From contig JAWMAR010000005.1 in the NCBI GenBank assembly GCA_036785375.1, positions 496,001-560,000 of the forward strand: a stretch of DNA of 64,000 bases. Reading direction: 5' to 3'. This document shows positions 10,861 to 24,800 of this stretch, in pieces (the stretch's first letter is position 1; each line of letters opens with the position of its first letter). The notes under the pieces are model-generated. The model searched no databases. It had not been told where the DNA came from and saw only the letters and a list, made by a program, of their open reading frames with translations. The position numbers were made by a program, and so were the translations under genes. The DNA is from Leucoraja ocellata (taxonomy: Eukaryota).

Positions 10861-13800
10861 CTTTGTCTGTTCCACTGCAAAATCTCCTCAAGGTATGCCT
10901 ATCTCGAAGAGGTTCTCCTCTGATGGGAGTTCTGCAACACCCTTTCTGGCTGCTCCTCCTATGTGGCTCTGAAGAAGGGTCTCGACCTGAAACATCACCT
11001 GAAACATGAGAGTTGCTCAGTTACTCCAGTATTTTGTGTCTACCTTCGGTGTAAACCAGCATCTACAGTTCCTTCCTATACACAGTGAAGTGATAGATTT
11101 TGGGCAGGGCCAACTTGGTTAACTCCTTCTAGCTGAACCCCATGATGGCATCTGTGCATTCTGGGTCAGAGCACACCACCACTCCTTTGGGATTGGCATT
11201 AGAGAGCAACTGGTCACTGGAAGATCCTGAAAAGATAAGAATATTGTTTAAAATTCATGGTAAGTAATGGCAACTCAGGCATGAATGATAGATTGGGATA
11301 CATGAATAATTCATTTACATATACCACCAAACGATGTTCAAAATAACTAGGATGACATGCGTTAAGAAGATAGAGTGGTTTGATATTGACGGATCTAAAA
11401 TATATGTCGACATATTTTCCCTCAATAATTTCCATCTTCCATAGTCTGGCCACTCAATGCCTCTGTCTGTATCTTTGTAATTTGCACGACATCCTCTGCT
11501 TCCTAATTCAGTCGTGTCTGTAAACATGGAACATCACGTGAACAAGTGTGAATATCCAGTCACTGTCTAAACTATGAACTGAGTTTCACTCGCCACTTTG
11601 CTGTCTGACCCGCTAAATGCTTCCAGGATTTTCCTTCAGATCTGATTTTACTTTCATATATAACTCTGAATTCTCCCATCTGGTTAAAAGTGCAGATCCC
11701 TAAGGATTACTAAGGATTGCCATTTGACACACTCAGTGAATCAAGGAACTTCTCTGTCTCTTGTTTTACAAAATTACTTCATATTTTGTGTGTTCACATT
11801 TTTGGAACCTAATGAAATCCTTTCTGCAAATTAAATGGAGGCAATATCCACAAAAGTTTCATCATCATCACTGACAATGAGGGAGGAGTTGCCATCTTCA
11901 AGCCATATTACTGAGCTCTCTATCTCCTTTGCTGACAAGACTCTCAACTGTTCATGTACCAAGTCTCACATTTCTGCTCTCAATCCCTCTCCGTCCACCC
12001 AGAACAAAGATAGGGTTCCCCTTGTCCTCATCTCCCACCTCTGTCGGTTCCACATTGTTAATGAGGGTTTTCCCACAGAGTAATTGTGGCAAAGGGCCTT
12101 GCCTTAGGAAAGCAGATTCCCACTAGTCACAGACCTCCAGCCAAAATATCTTCCTTCCACATCCCTGTGTCTTCTATGAATAAGCCATTTCTGAATGCAT
12201 ATGACCAAGTCATCATGAAATCCAGACATCTTACATTTCTGGATCAGCTTATCATGAGAGAACTTATCAAAAGCCTTATTAAAATCCATGTCTACAACAT
12301 CCACTGCCTAACCTTCATCAATTAATAGTGCAACTCCTCCAGTACATTTACCTCCCTCTCTACCACACCTGAAACATCAAAAACCTGGAACATTAAGCTC
12401 CAAGTTATGGCCTGTTTGATAGCTTTGATATCTGTAGATCCTACATACTGTATAGGTTCTATATCAGTTGTTAAACTAATTCATTATCTATTTCCAGGCT
12501 TACTAAAAATGTTCTCATCCGGATAACAATATTGATTAGTACGGGTGTCAGAGGTTATGGGGAGAAGGCAGGGGAATGGGGTTGGAAGGGAGAGATAGAT
12601 CAGCCATGATTGAATGGTGGCGTAGACTTGATGGGCCGAATGGATTAATTCTGCTCCGATCACTTATGATCACTGATGATCTTATGATATGATATTTATT
12701 TAGTTTTAGGTTTTTGCTAGATCTCCATGTGCGAGCAGCAGAGGGTCAGGTAGTGGTAATGGTGATTAGCATTTCAGTGGGAGAACATTTTTGGAACAGT
12801 GTTCACAACTCCATTAGATTTTTAAGATAGTTCTGAATAAGGATATGTCTGGACTGGGGGGGGAGCAAATTACAACACTTTTGGTCACCAGTTAGAGGGA
12901 GTAATTTTGGAGCAGCTGCTCTTTGGTCTAACGTGGGAGTCATTTGAAGACAAAAGTTCAAGACTGGTATGAGTAGGAAGAAATTGCAGATGCTGGTTTA
13001 AACCGCAGATAGACACAAAAAGCTAGAGTAACTCGGCAAGACAGGCCATATTTCTGGAGAAAAGTAATGGGTAACTTTTCGGGTCGAGACCCTTCCTCAG
13101 ACTAGTTACGCATAAGGGAAACTAGAGATATAGATGATGATGTAGAGAGATAAAGAACAATGAATGAAAGATATGCAAAAAATAACGATGATAAAGGAAA
13201 CAGGCCATTGTTAGCTGTATGTTGTGTGAAAACGAGAAGCTGGTGTGACCTGGGTGGGGGAGAGATTGAGAGAGGGAATGCTGGGGTTACTTCAGGCTTC
13301 CATAAGGAGAAGGGAAAGAATGGGAAGCAGACAGCAAAACGTTGTAAATTTGGCCAAAAAGGGAACGGAAGCATTTGTAATATGTAGGAAGATGAAATCA
13401 GACAGGAACTTTAAGGAATATAAAGAAAGCAGGAAGGAACTAAAGCAGGGAAGTAGGATGACCAAAGAGTTCATGAAATGCCCTTGACAAACAGAATTAA
13501 CAACAATCCCAAGGCATTTAATACACACATTTAAACAAGTGGGTAACTAACGAGAAGATGGGATCACACAGCACAAAAGGATGGATTTTATGCTTGGAGT
13601 CAGAGGATGCAGGTGAGGTACTAAAGGAGTACTTTGCATCAATATTCAACAAGGTGAAGGACATGTAGCAGAGTGAGATCAGTGGCGTTCAGCTCCTATG
13701 CCAGTACGTTTACAAATAACACAAAAATGTATGGATTGTGGACAGTGAAGAATTATGCCAGAAGATCCAGCTGATTATACATACATTAACACTATCCAAC

Positions 13801-15174
13801 ACACATTAGGGACAATTTTACCTTGATACCAAGCCAATTAACCTACAAACCTATATGACTTTGGAGTGTGGGAGGAAACAAAAGATCTCGGAGAAAACCG
13901 ACCCGGTCACGGGGAGAACGTACAAATTCGGTACAGACTGCACCCGTAGTCAGGATCAAACCCGGGTCTTAGACGCTGTAAGCTCTGTAAGGCAGCAACT
14001 CTACCGCTGCACCACTGTGCCACTCTTAAACATTGGGTTTAAGGTGAGAAGAGAAAAATTTAAAGAAGATACAAAGCCGTTTTTTTGGCTATATTTAGGC
14101 ACCTGGAATGTACTGTCAGTGGTGATTGTGGATACGATAGTAGCATTTAAGATCCTTATAGATAGGCAAGTAAATATGCAGGAAATGGAGGGATGTGCAG
14201 GCAGAAGAGATTAGTTTAAGTAGGCGGCATGTTCAGCGCAGACATCATGGGTCGTAGGGCCTAATGGTGAAAGTTCTTGCTGTTACACTCTGTTTCTCTT
14301 ACAACTGCATCCTCCCTACAAATCTCCCCAATTGGGAGCAGAATTGTACTGCAGATCAATCTTTAAGCCAATGGTCCACATCCAATACATGAGCAATAGG
14401 GTTATAATGGTGGGGGATTTATACTTCTCCAATATTGATTGAGAGTGCATTAGTGCAAAGGGTTTAAATGGGGAAGAATTAGTAAAGTGCACCTGGGCGA
14501 GTTCAGCCAATGTGTAGATAGTCCTATTAGCTGCACTGGACCTAATCTTGGGAAATAAGGCTGGGCTAATGGTAGCAGTCTCCCTGGAGCATGGAGACAC
14601 AAGATATGGCAGATACTTCAATGTGGAGCAATAAACAAAATGCAGGAAGAACTCGGCAGATCAGGCAACCACTGGTAAGGGAAATGGACAGTTGAAGTTT
14701 GGGGTCTAGACTGGTCCACATATACTGCCTGACAGGCTGAGTTCTTCCAGGAAATTTTCTTTTTAACAATGGATCATTTTATTGGTGTTATTTTATTGAT
14801 GTGATCTTGTTTTAAGTTTCAAGACAGTTGTGGAAAGGGAGAAAATTGGCGCGGAGGACAAGGTCCTAAATTGGGGCAGCCCGATTTCAATAAGACAGCA
14901 CCAGGTGGAAGTAGATTGGGAGCATTTGGTTGTAGGTAAAACAACATGCAAATAGTGGGAGTCTTCTAATAATGAGATTTGTGCAGTTTGAGATAACAAT
15001 CCTGGAGAAGTGAAAAGTAAGGAGAGTAGAATGAGGGAACACAAAGCGACCAGAGGCGTTGAGGATTTAGTTTAGTTTAGCCATGTAGTGGTACAGCATG
15101 GAAACAGGCACTTCGGTACACGGAGCCCATGCCGACCATTGATTACCCGTTTGATGGTGTTGAATAGACTAATG

Positions 15175-17670
15175 GAACAGAAGGCTGATAAATCCCCTGG
15201 GTCTGATGTTCTGCATCCAGGGTATTTATGGAAGTGGCTCTAGAAATCGTGGATGCATTGGTGATAATTTTCCAATGTTCTATAGACTCAGGATCAGTTC
15301 CTGTGGATTGCAGGGTAGCTAATGTTATCCCACTTTTTAAGAAAGGCAGGAGAGAGAAAACAGAATTATAGGCCAGTTAGCCTGACATCGGTGGTGGGAA
15401 AGATGCTGGAGTCAATTATAAAAGATGAGATAGCGGAACATTTGGATAGCAGTAACAGGATAATTCCGAGTCAGCATGGATTTACAAAAGGGAAATCATG
15501 CTTGACTAATCTTCTGGAATTTTTTGAAGATGTAACTAGGAAAATGGACAAGGGAGAGCCAATGGATGGAGTGTACCTGGACTTTCAGAAAGCATATGAT
15601 AAGGTCCCACATAGGAGATTAGTGGGCTAAATTAGGGTACATGGTACTGGGGGTAGAGTGCTGACATGGATAGAGAAGTGATTGGCAGACAGGAAACAAA
15701 GAGTAGGGATTAACCTTTCAGAATGTCAGGCAATGACTAGTGGGGTACCGCAAGGCTCAGTGCTGGGACCGCAGCTATTTACAATATACATCAATGATTT
15801 GGATGAAGGGATTCAGTAACATTAGTAAATTGGCAGATGACACAAAGTTGGGTGGCAGTTTGAACTGTGAGAAGGATGCTATGAGAATGCAGGGTGTCTT
15901 GGACAGTTTGGGGGAGTGGGCAGATGCATGGCAGATGAAGTTTAATGTGGATAAATGTGAGATTATCCACTTTGGTAGCAAAAACATGAAGACAGATTAC
16001 TATCTAAATGGCATCGTTGGGAAAAGGGGAAGTACAGCGGGATCTGGGGGGTCCTTGTACATCAGTCTATGAAAGTAAGAATGCAGGTGCAGCAGGCAGT
16101 GAAGAAAGCGAATGGCATTTTGGCCTTTATAACAAGAGGAATCGAATATAGGAGCAAATAGGTCCTTCTGCAGTTGTACAGAGCACTAGTGAGACCACAC
16201 GTGTGCAGTTTTGGTCCCCTAATTTGAGGAAGTACATTCTTGCTATTGAGGGAGTGCAGTGTAGGTTTACAAGGTTAGAAACATAGAAACATAGAAAATA
16301 GGTGCAGGAGTAGGCCATTTGGCCCTTCGAGCCTGCACCGCCATTTGATATGATCATGGCTGATCATCCAACTCAGTATCCCATCCCTGCCTTCTCTCCA
16401 TACCCCCTGATCCCTTTAGCCACAAGGGCCACATCTAACTCCCTCTTAAATATAGCCAATGAACTGGCCTCAACTACCTTCTGTGGCAGAGATTTTTTCA
16501 TCTCGGTCCTAAAAGACTTCCCTCTTATCATTAAACTGTGACCCCTAGTTCTGGACTTCCCCAACATTGGGAATAATCTTCCTGCATCTAGCCTGTCCAG
16601 CCCCTTAAGAATTTTGTAAGTTTCCATAAGATCCCCCCTCAATCTTCTAAATTCTAGCGTGTACAAACCAAGTCTATCCAATCTTTCTTCAAATGAAAGT
16701 CCTGCCATCCCAGGAATCAGTCTGGTGAACCTTCTCCGTACTCCCTCTATGGCAAGAATGTCCTTCCTCAGATTTGGAGACCAAAACTGTACGCAATACT
16801 CCAGGTGTGGTCTCACCAAGACCCTGTACAACTGCAGTAGAACCTCCCTGCCCTTATACTCAAATCCATTTGCTATGAATGCCAACATGCTATTTGCTTT
16901 CTTCACTGCCTGCTGCACCTGCATTCCTACTTTCAATGACTGGTGTACCATGACACCCAGGTCTCGTTGCATCTCCCCTTTTCCTAATTGGCCACCATTC
17001 AGATAATAGTCTACTTTCCTGTTTTTGCCACCAAAGTACATAACCTCACATTTATCCACATTATACTGCATCTTCCATGCATTTGCCCACTCACCCAACC
17101 TATCCAATTCACCTTGCAGACTCCTAGCATCCTCCTCACAGCTTACACAGCCCCCCAGCTTCGTGTCATCCGTAAACATGGAGATGTTGCATTCAATTCC
17201 CTCATCCAGATAATTAATTCCCGGGATGGCAGGAATGTCATATGCTGAGAGAATGGAGCAGCTGGGCTTGTACACTCTGGAGTTTAGAAGGTTAAGAGGG
17301 GATCGCATTGAAACATTGTTAAGGGTTTGGACATGCTAGAGGCAGGAAACATGTTCCCGATGTTGGGGGAGTCCAGAACCAGGGGCCACAATTTAAGAAT
17401 AAGGAGTAAGCCATTTAGAGCGGAGACGAGGAAACGTTTTTTCTCACAGAGAGTGGTGAGTGTGGAATTCTCTGCCTCTGGAGGCAGGTTCTCTGGATGC
17501 TTTCAAGAGGGAGCTAGATAGGGCTTTTAAAAATAGCGGAGTCAGGGGATATGGGGAGAAGGCAGGAACGGTGTACTGATTGGGGATGATCAGCCATGAT
17601 CACATTAAATGGTGGTGCTGGCTCGAAGGGCCGAATGGCCTACTCCTGCACCTATTGTCTATTGTCTATT
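15175..17670 (+). mobile_element. CR1 LINE (RT region to 3' UTR) interrupted by an inverted younger CR1
   Basis: [34 protein letters not shown] motifs. Host sequence resumes at 17214 (ttaattcccggg). Confidence 0.88.
16277..17213 (-). mobile_element. Nested, 5'-truncated CR1 LINE
   Basis: (gaaacata)n, the reverse of the CR1 tail, at 16278; RT C-terminus open on the minus strand. Confidence 0.88.
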
Positions 17671-18779
17671 GTTCACGCTAGTTCTATATTATCCCACTTC
17701 TCATCCACTCCCTATGGAAGCAATTTATAGAGGCCAACTAACCTACAAACGCGCATTTGGAATGCGGGGGGAAACCGGTGCACCCGGTGGAAACCCATGT
17801 GGTCACACAGGGAGAACATGCAAACGCCACACAGACAGCACCTGAGATCAGGATTGAAGCCGGGTCTCTGGCTCTGTGAGGCAGCAGTCTTCATGCACTA
17901 ACATTTGATGAAGTAAAGGGAAGCATTTGGCAGGCATAGACAAATGAAAACAGGAGAGACACTTGGATATAGAGAGAGCTAAAGACTACTTTAAATATAA
18001 ATTAGGAGAGGAAAGGGACAAGAAAAAATATCACTGGCAGTCAAAATTGAGAAACATCCCAAGGATTGAACAATTGTATTAGAGTAAGAGGGTAACCAGG
18101 GAAAGAGTAGGAGCCAAGGAAAGTGAGGGCTGTTGCAAAGAACAACGGGGACCCGGCATGGGGGGATTGCATTGAGGGACAGTGGGAGAACAAAGTGGGA
18201 ACTGGTGTGCGGGTGCACTCTAGTTTTAGAATCCTCTTCTGCATTTGATTGTTTTGTTTGTTCGTTCGTTCTGGTTAAGGTGCTGTGCACACGCCAGCCA
18301 ACAGTTGCTTGGCTTTTTTATTCACTTTTAATTACAAGTATTCGTGTACCTTGTGTGTTGTTACTGTTGGCAGAACAATTTCCTTCCGGGGATGAATAAA
18401 ATGTTATTGTATCGTATCGTAAAACTGCTGCCAGATGCTGTGAAGTTTTGTATCATCTGCCCGACAGGAGAGGGGACAAGTAGGAATAACAGGGGAGTGA
18501 ATGGTCTTTCACGATGTTGGTTGCTTTCCCCAGGCAGCGTGGAGTGTAGGGTAGAGTAATTGCCAAACTAGGCTGTGATGTAATCAATAGGATGCTTTAT
18601 GCAGTCCATGTGTAGACATTTGTAAGAGTTGTTGGAAGCATGCTGAATATCCTTAGTCTTCTTTATCTGACTCTGCAACAGAATCTTACATATACTAAAT
18701 GAAAGTTACTAGAACTGCCAGCTTTGTTCCTGATTTACTGCTCAGTTTAACACACTGTGTACAGTCAACAAGCATTTAC

Positions 18780-18843
18780 ATGGAGCAGGATTTAACCTTT
18801 AGTATTCAGTGTTTGTACTTTTGAGCTGTTGCTTTTACCAAAG
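18780..18843 (+). CDS. Candidate leader (signal peptide) exon [20 protein letters not shown](G), with in-frame TGA at 18822-18824
   Basis: ATG at 18780, 64 nt, phase-1 donor AAG|gtattg, 183-nt intron to the V1 acceptor. This is the typical Ig/TCR leader-V layout. The stop codon makes the call uncertain. Confidence 0.5.
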
Positions 18844-21800
18844 GTATTGTTTGTAATTTCAGTGCAGAGTGAAAGAGCGAAGCTCAGGAGAAAACAAAAG
18901 AGTTTACAAATTGAGGATACATGTGGAGAACATTCATAAATATCCAAGAGCTTTCATGCTGCCTTTTGCTTCAAATTATTTTTGTGGTCATCATCTGTTC
19001 TGATCTTTGGTTGTTATTACCCACAGGTCTAACGGCAAACACATCCCTGATCCAATCCCCAGGTGCTCTGGTGGTGCGTGAAGGTGAAACAGTGGAGATA
19101 CGGTGTGTCCTGAACAGCACCAATGTGAATGCCATTGTGAACAAATACATCGTTCACTGGTACAACTCACGTAATGGAGGAATCAAACTTAGTCTTTATA
19201 AGAGTGGCCGCACTTACAGGTCACTGGGCTTCTCCGAGCGATTTCAGCTTTCCAGGAACGTCACCAGTAACAGCTACTCACTGACCATCAGAGAGGTGAA
19301 GATTGCCGACTCTGCTGATTACATCTGTGGCATTTGGGGGATTATATTTGGAAAAGGAACCAAGCTGAATGTAACCAGTGAGTATTTAAATTGGTTCTAT
19401 TTCCAATCCTAACATCATGAGGAATCATGATGTCATGTTGTCAGTTTTACAGAGACAGACATCATTAGAAGTTCAAACTGCAAAGTAGAGAATGAAAATA
19501 GGCCAAATTTATTTTTTAACTGAATAATGCAGATCACTCGTTACTGCGTTCTGAGATCAGGATGGAGAATGTAATTCGGCATTGCCAGAGAGGTACACAT
19601 AGTGTGAACAGATGAATGTAAAGAAATTACAGTATAGGTAGGCTAGTTTCTTCATTTATAATCACTTTGCTTGAGTTTACTTTATTGTCACGTCTACCGA
19701 GGTACAGTGAAAAGCTTTTGTTGCCTGCTAACCAGTCAGCGGAAAGACAATACATGATTACAATCGAGCCATTCACAGTTTATGCACAGTCACTATTAGT
19801 TGCACCATCTGCCACACTGAGATCAATAACTCAATGGTCAGCATGGGCTCAGTAGACTGAAGGACCCGTTTCCATGCTGCATCTCTACACTAAAGTGAAC
19901 TAACATTACCACCTCAATGATCTATCTGTACTATTTCCATACCCTCTTATTCCTCCAATATACAGAGATCTGCTTATCTCTGTAGCAACAAAGGACTAAA
20001 TAAACGTTTAAACAAAGCTAAATGAAAAATGAAATCCCCATTGTGAGGCAACACCTCCCAACACTGGAGGGAGAGAGAGAGAAAGAGAATGAGAGAGTGA
20101 AAGATAATCGTGAACAGGGAGAAAGTTGCAATCAGCTGCAATCATGAACCAAGTTAGCATCACTTTTACATGAGGTTATCTAATGACAAAGGATGAATGT
20201 ATTTTAAGTTGAAACACATGAAGTATTTAGCAACTACAACATTATTGTTCATCTATTGATTTTTTCCCTTTCAAGTTGCAAATTCTCCGATCCTGATCCA
20301 ATTCCCGAGGCTGGAGCGTGTCACTGAGGGTCACACGGCACGGTTATGGTGCTCCATGGAGAACGCTGAAGTGGGAAACACTGACGTCCACTGGTACCGA
20401 GAACTACCCGGGCAGGACATGGAGTGGGTTTTAACACACGAGGCAGGAGGCAGCGTACGAAGGAGACCAGGCTTCACTGAGCGGTTCCAGCCGTTCAAAG
20501 ACGCCTCCAACAGCACCTTCATCCTGAATGTCACAAACGTGATGCTCAATGACTCTGCCGTCTATTACTGCACAGTGTGGGGAGATATCAGAGGGAATGG
20601 AGCCCAGCTCAACGTAACCAGTGAGTACAAATTATATTTGGTTTTATTAACCTATGTGTAACTATATTGGGTGTAATTCACTTCCCTTGAATTGGCACAT
20701 GTACCGGGAGTACTGAAAGATTAAGGAGATCGTACTGGAGCCCTGATTCTGGAGACCAATATATTGTGGCCCCTCACTAATGGTGTGAGCACTGATATGG
20801 TAACTGATGTCAGATCTGGGTTGTGTGAAATAAATTTCAATGTGCAGTGTGTTCTTCATTGTAGAGAAAACTAGCAACTTTGTTCATAGCAGGGCACCGC
20901 TCACAGCTGTTTGAGTTAAGGTACAGGAGAGCAGAACGACAACTTGTCATGGCTTTAGATTAACCAATGCTGCCTCCTTATTTCAATGGTTCAATAGTTC
21001 TTTATTTGTCACATATGCAACTGGGCAGTGAAATTATTTTTGCATATATTACACATGCTGGCACCGCCATGTTTTGGCGTCATGATCATTCAAAGTGCAA
21101 CGTCCGGTCAGCCCACAACTCATTGTACTGGAGTAGTTCCCACAAACCAACATCCCTCCCCTCTCCTCGCCATCTTTGTGTCCCGGAGGTGCCTCCAGCA
21201 GACTACCAGGAGGCACTGGAGGCATTTCCCTCGCACCGGCCCTTGCTCCTTGTATCTGACGTCTCCAGCTCTCTCCCGGTCATGCCGACCGATGAGCCTT
21301 TTGACTGGCGAAACCTTTGGGCTTGTTTTCAACCAGGAATCACTGATACTTGAACCACTCACAGCGCAGAGGCGACAACAGCAACGTAGTCACTGGATCT
21401 AAGGCCAGGGGTCTGGGACTGACTGTGAAGAAACAGGTTACACGTTGATCACCTGTGTTCATGCCCGGCCTCAGGCTGACAGTTAATTGTTGTCTGGATC
21501 TGAGTCTTTGCACATCACTCCAGTCCTCAAACAACTTAACTGGCTTTCCATCTCCCACCGGATCACCTACAAAATCCTGATCCTCACCTACAAAGCCCTC
21601 CACCATCTGGCCCCCCATATCTCACTGACCTCCTCTCCCCCTACCAACCCTCACGGTCCCTCAGATCCACATCAGCCGGTCACCTCTCCATCCACAAGTA
21701 CAACCTCCGCAGTTTAGGGGACAGAGCCTTCTCCAGGGCAGCTCCCAGGCTCTGGAACTCCCTCCCCCAACTGATCCGCAATTCCGTGTCCCTCACCATC

Positions 21801-24800
21801 TTCCAGTCCCGCCTCAAGACCCATCTCTTCACCTCTGCCAATCCTTAGCCCCACGTCCCCCTCCCTTTTCATCTGTGCATTAATTGCCTTATTATTGTGT
21901 TTTGTATTGAATTCTGTCTTTACTTTGTGTACTAGTCATGTCTCTACTATTTATTTCATTCCCCTTACATGTTTTTCCTCTACCTGCTAAATTTTTGTAA
22001 GGTGTCCTTGAGACTCTTGAAAGGCGCCCATAAATAAAATGTATTATTATTATTAACTGTTGATGCGGGCCCCTAATCCAAGATACAAGATACATTTATT
22101 TGTCACATGTTCCAATTGGTTCAGTGAAATGTGTGGTCACCATACAGCCATACGAATAATAAAGAGCTCAGAACACGTTAGACTTTAACACAGACATCCC
22201 CGTACAGCGGAATCAAAGTTTCCCACTGCGAGAGAAGGGTCCAAAATTCAGTCATCCTCCTCTGTTGTTCACCCGTGGTCGGGGGGCTCATGGACCCCTC
22301 GTAATCACCGCTACAGGCGGCCCGATGTTCAGGCCCTCTCGCCGGGAGGATGGAACTCCGATGTCGGAATGGGAGAACCACTTCAACGGCTTGGACATCC
22401 GAATCGGCCACTTCCTACCGGATTCCGTGGCTCCCAAAGTCCACAGTCCGCTCTGGGCGGAGATTCACGCTGGTGGCCCTCGCCAAAAGGTCCCAGGACT
22501 CCGCGATGTTGGTCAGCGCCGCCCGCATTGGGAGCTCTACAAACCCCAGCTTCACGATGTTGAAGCAGCAGGCCCAGCACTCTGGAGCTTCAATCGGCGA
22601 TCCAGGAAGGCATTGTCCGCTCCGCGATGAATCCAGTGCTGCGCCACCGCCGCTAAAGCTTTGGCCGGTCCCTGGCAGGAAAGGCCGCGCCAATCCAGTT
22701 GGTAGGCCGCGGGGAGGGGTGCGAGGTGGCGACTCGGAGAATAATCACATCCTCGCCAGGAAGTGACTGGGAAACGGTTTCCCCCTTACTCTACCCCCAT
22801 CCCCCACATAGAAAAACTAAAGAAACCTCCAAACCACACTTTTAAAACAGACTAAAAATTAAAAAAAGATAGAAAAACAGACAGACTGTAGGCAAAGGCT
22901 GCCATCAATGCGGCGCCCCTAGCCGTGTATCTATCCATGTTAAATAGTGTGAAATTCCCCCTCAATATAATTTCCATGTTCCAGTGAAGTAGATAACTCG
23001 TTGCACCATCGGCGGTAAAGGAAAGATCAGAATCCAACACAAAGGCAGAAGAATAGGGTCGGTGTAAGAACAGATTCAACGTGGATGTATAAAATGGACA
23101 TCATGGGTGAGAAATCTTTTAAAGCTCACGTTGTTAGATGTTTGTGACTAGCAAAGTAGGGTTGGGTTTGTCAATGAGCCATATGGAGAAAGTAGCTGCA
23201 GACGAGATCGACCATTATTCATCACAAGCAGACACATAGATGAAAGAATCTCTTGGTTAAATCTCCTGGAATGAACAGCAGGTTTTCAAGCTGAGAAGCT
23301 GTGACTAGTGAGAGGTGGTGCAGGTTTTGTTGCTGGGACCCTCACTGTTCACAATCGAGGATGAAGAAACCAAGTATAACATATCCAGCTTAGTTGGTAG
23401 GCGATGTAACATGTGAGGAGGCTGCAAGGGGCACAGACAAGTATAAAGAGCAAGACAAGCCAGATGGTCTATAACTTGGAAAAATATAGTCATTAATTTC
23501 TGCAGGAAAAATGGACATGCAAAGTTGTTTTGAATGTTGTGAGACTAAGGTCAGAAGAATCTGGGTGTTCTCATACACAAAATAACTTAAAGTCAACATG
23601 TGGATAGAATGAGCAGTTTGGAAAGCAAATAATATATAAAGAACAAAAGGTAAAAGCTGTTGGAGTAACTTAAAAGGTCAGCCAGCAAGTCCGGAGAACA
23701 TGGATAAATCTGACATCCTCGATAATCTTACTCTTCAATTATCCTGAGCCCCCCTGGGAAGTATGTGATGGTATCCAAATTTTAGAAACTGTTACACACC
23801 AAATGCTGGAGAAATATGATGCCTTCCATTGAACTCCATGTATATTCACACAGATCCCCTGGATGATCCGGTCCTTATCCAGTCTCCGCCAGTCAGCGAG
23901 GTGGCAGAGGGTGTAACCGTGCAGTTGCAATGTGTCTTGCACAAAGCTGGTGTGAATGACACTGACGTCCACTGGAACCAGCAGCGACCTGGGAAAAACA
24001 GCGAGTGGATAATGAGCCACTTTGTGGATGGCAAAGTCACCAGGTCTGGCTGTATCTCTGACCGCTTTAAGTCTTTCAGGAATGCCATGAGCAACAGTTA
24101 CATTCTGACAATCGCCAATGTTTCCATCAATGACACTGCTGTCTACAACTGCAGTGTGTGGAGTTACATCTATGGAGCAGGATCCCAGCTCAATGTAACT
24201 GGTAAGTCATTGTTTGCCTACACTGACGATAACAGCAGCGCACACTTCAACCTTCATGCAATGACTCACTGACACATGGGAATTCTATGACCACTCCCAG
24301 TAAAACAGAGAGTGGGGAAGTTATCCTTGGCGTGTAAAGTGCAACAGCTAGGAAATAGATAAGTGTGTGAAAGGACAAGTACAAGGGAACAAAAATCAAA
24401 AGTGTGAATAGTCTCCGCAAATGGTTTGTGGATGGAGAACCCTTTGGGTTTGAGTTGTCAAAGATGGAAGATATTACCAACTAATTGCATAAAGTCAAAT
24501 AGTCATGCAGTGTGGAAACATGCTCTTCTGCCCAACTTGCCCACACCGGCCAACATGTCCCAGCTACACTAGTCCCACCTGCCTGCGTTTGGCCCATATC
24601 CCTCCTGAAACAAATCAGAATAAGGAGAGAAAGAGGATGACTTGAGTTGTTAAAAGGAATAGGTTAGCCCATGAAATGCAAAATATGTATAAGTACATGG
24701 GAGAAGAAATATTATGAAATGCTTAGGAAAAAGCCAAGCTTGAGTTTTAGAGTTTGAGTTTAGTTTATTGTCACGTGTACCAAGGTACAGTAAAAAGCTT

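Noticed and set aside
11214-11527. Apparently unique minus-strand ORFs
   Set aside because: MFTDTTELG...EW...WKME pattern matches a highly decayed CR1 RT segment.
16373-17308. 311-aa minus-strand ORF
   Set aside because: Chimera of a nested CR1 RT C-terminus and the antisense of its host CR1; not a host gene.
18753-18759. Inverted heptamer CACTGTG upstream of the leader
   Set aside because: Only about 5/9 nonamer match, and the wrong position for a J-type RSS.
18660-18780. GATA, TCF/SOX (CTTTGTT) and ETS (TTCCTG) motifs upstream of the leader as a lymphoid promoter
   Set aside because: Short motifs expected by chance, and the transcription start is unknown.
20144-20192. Possible relic leader upstream of V2 ([15 protein letters not shown])
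   Set aside because: It contains a stop, has no GT donor and is weakly hydrophobic; the resemblance to the first leader may be chance.
20571-20577. Perfect RSS heptamer CACAGTG right after the second Cys of V2 (and V4, 28391-28397), where a V-segment RSS would sit
   Set aside because: No nonamer at 12 or 23 spacing (agagggaat / agcccagct). It is explained by the Cys-Thr-Val codons, and the J motif is already joined in frame.
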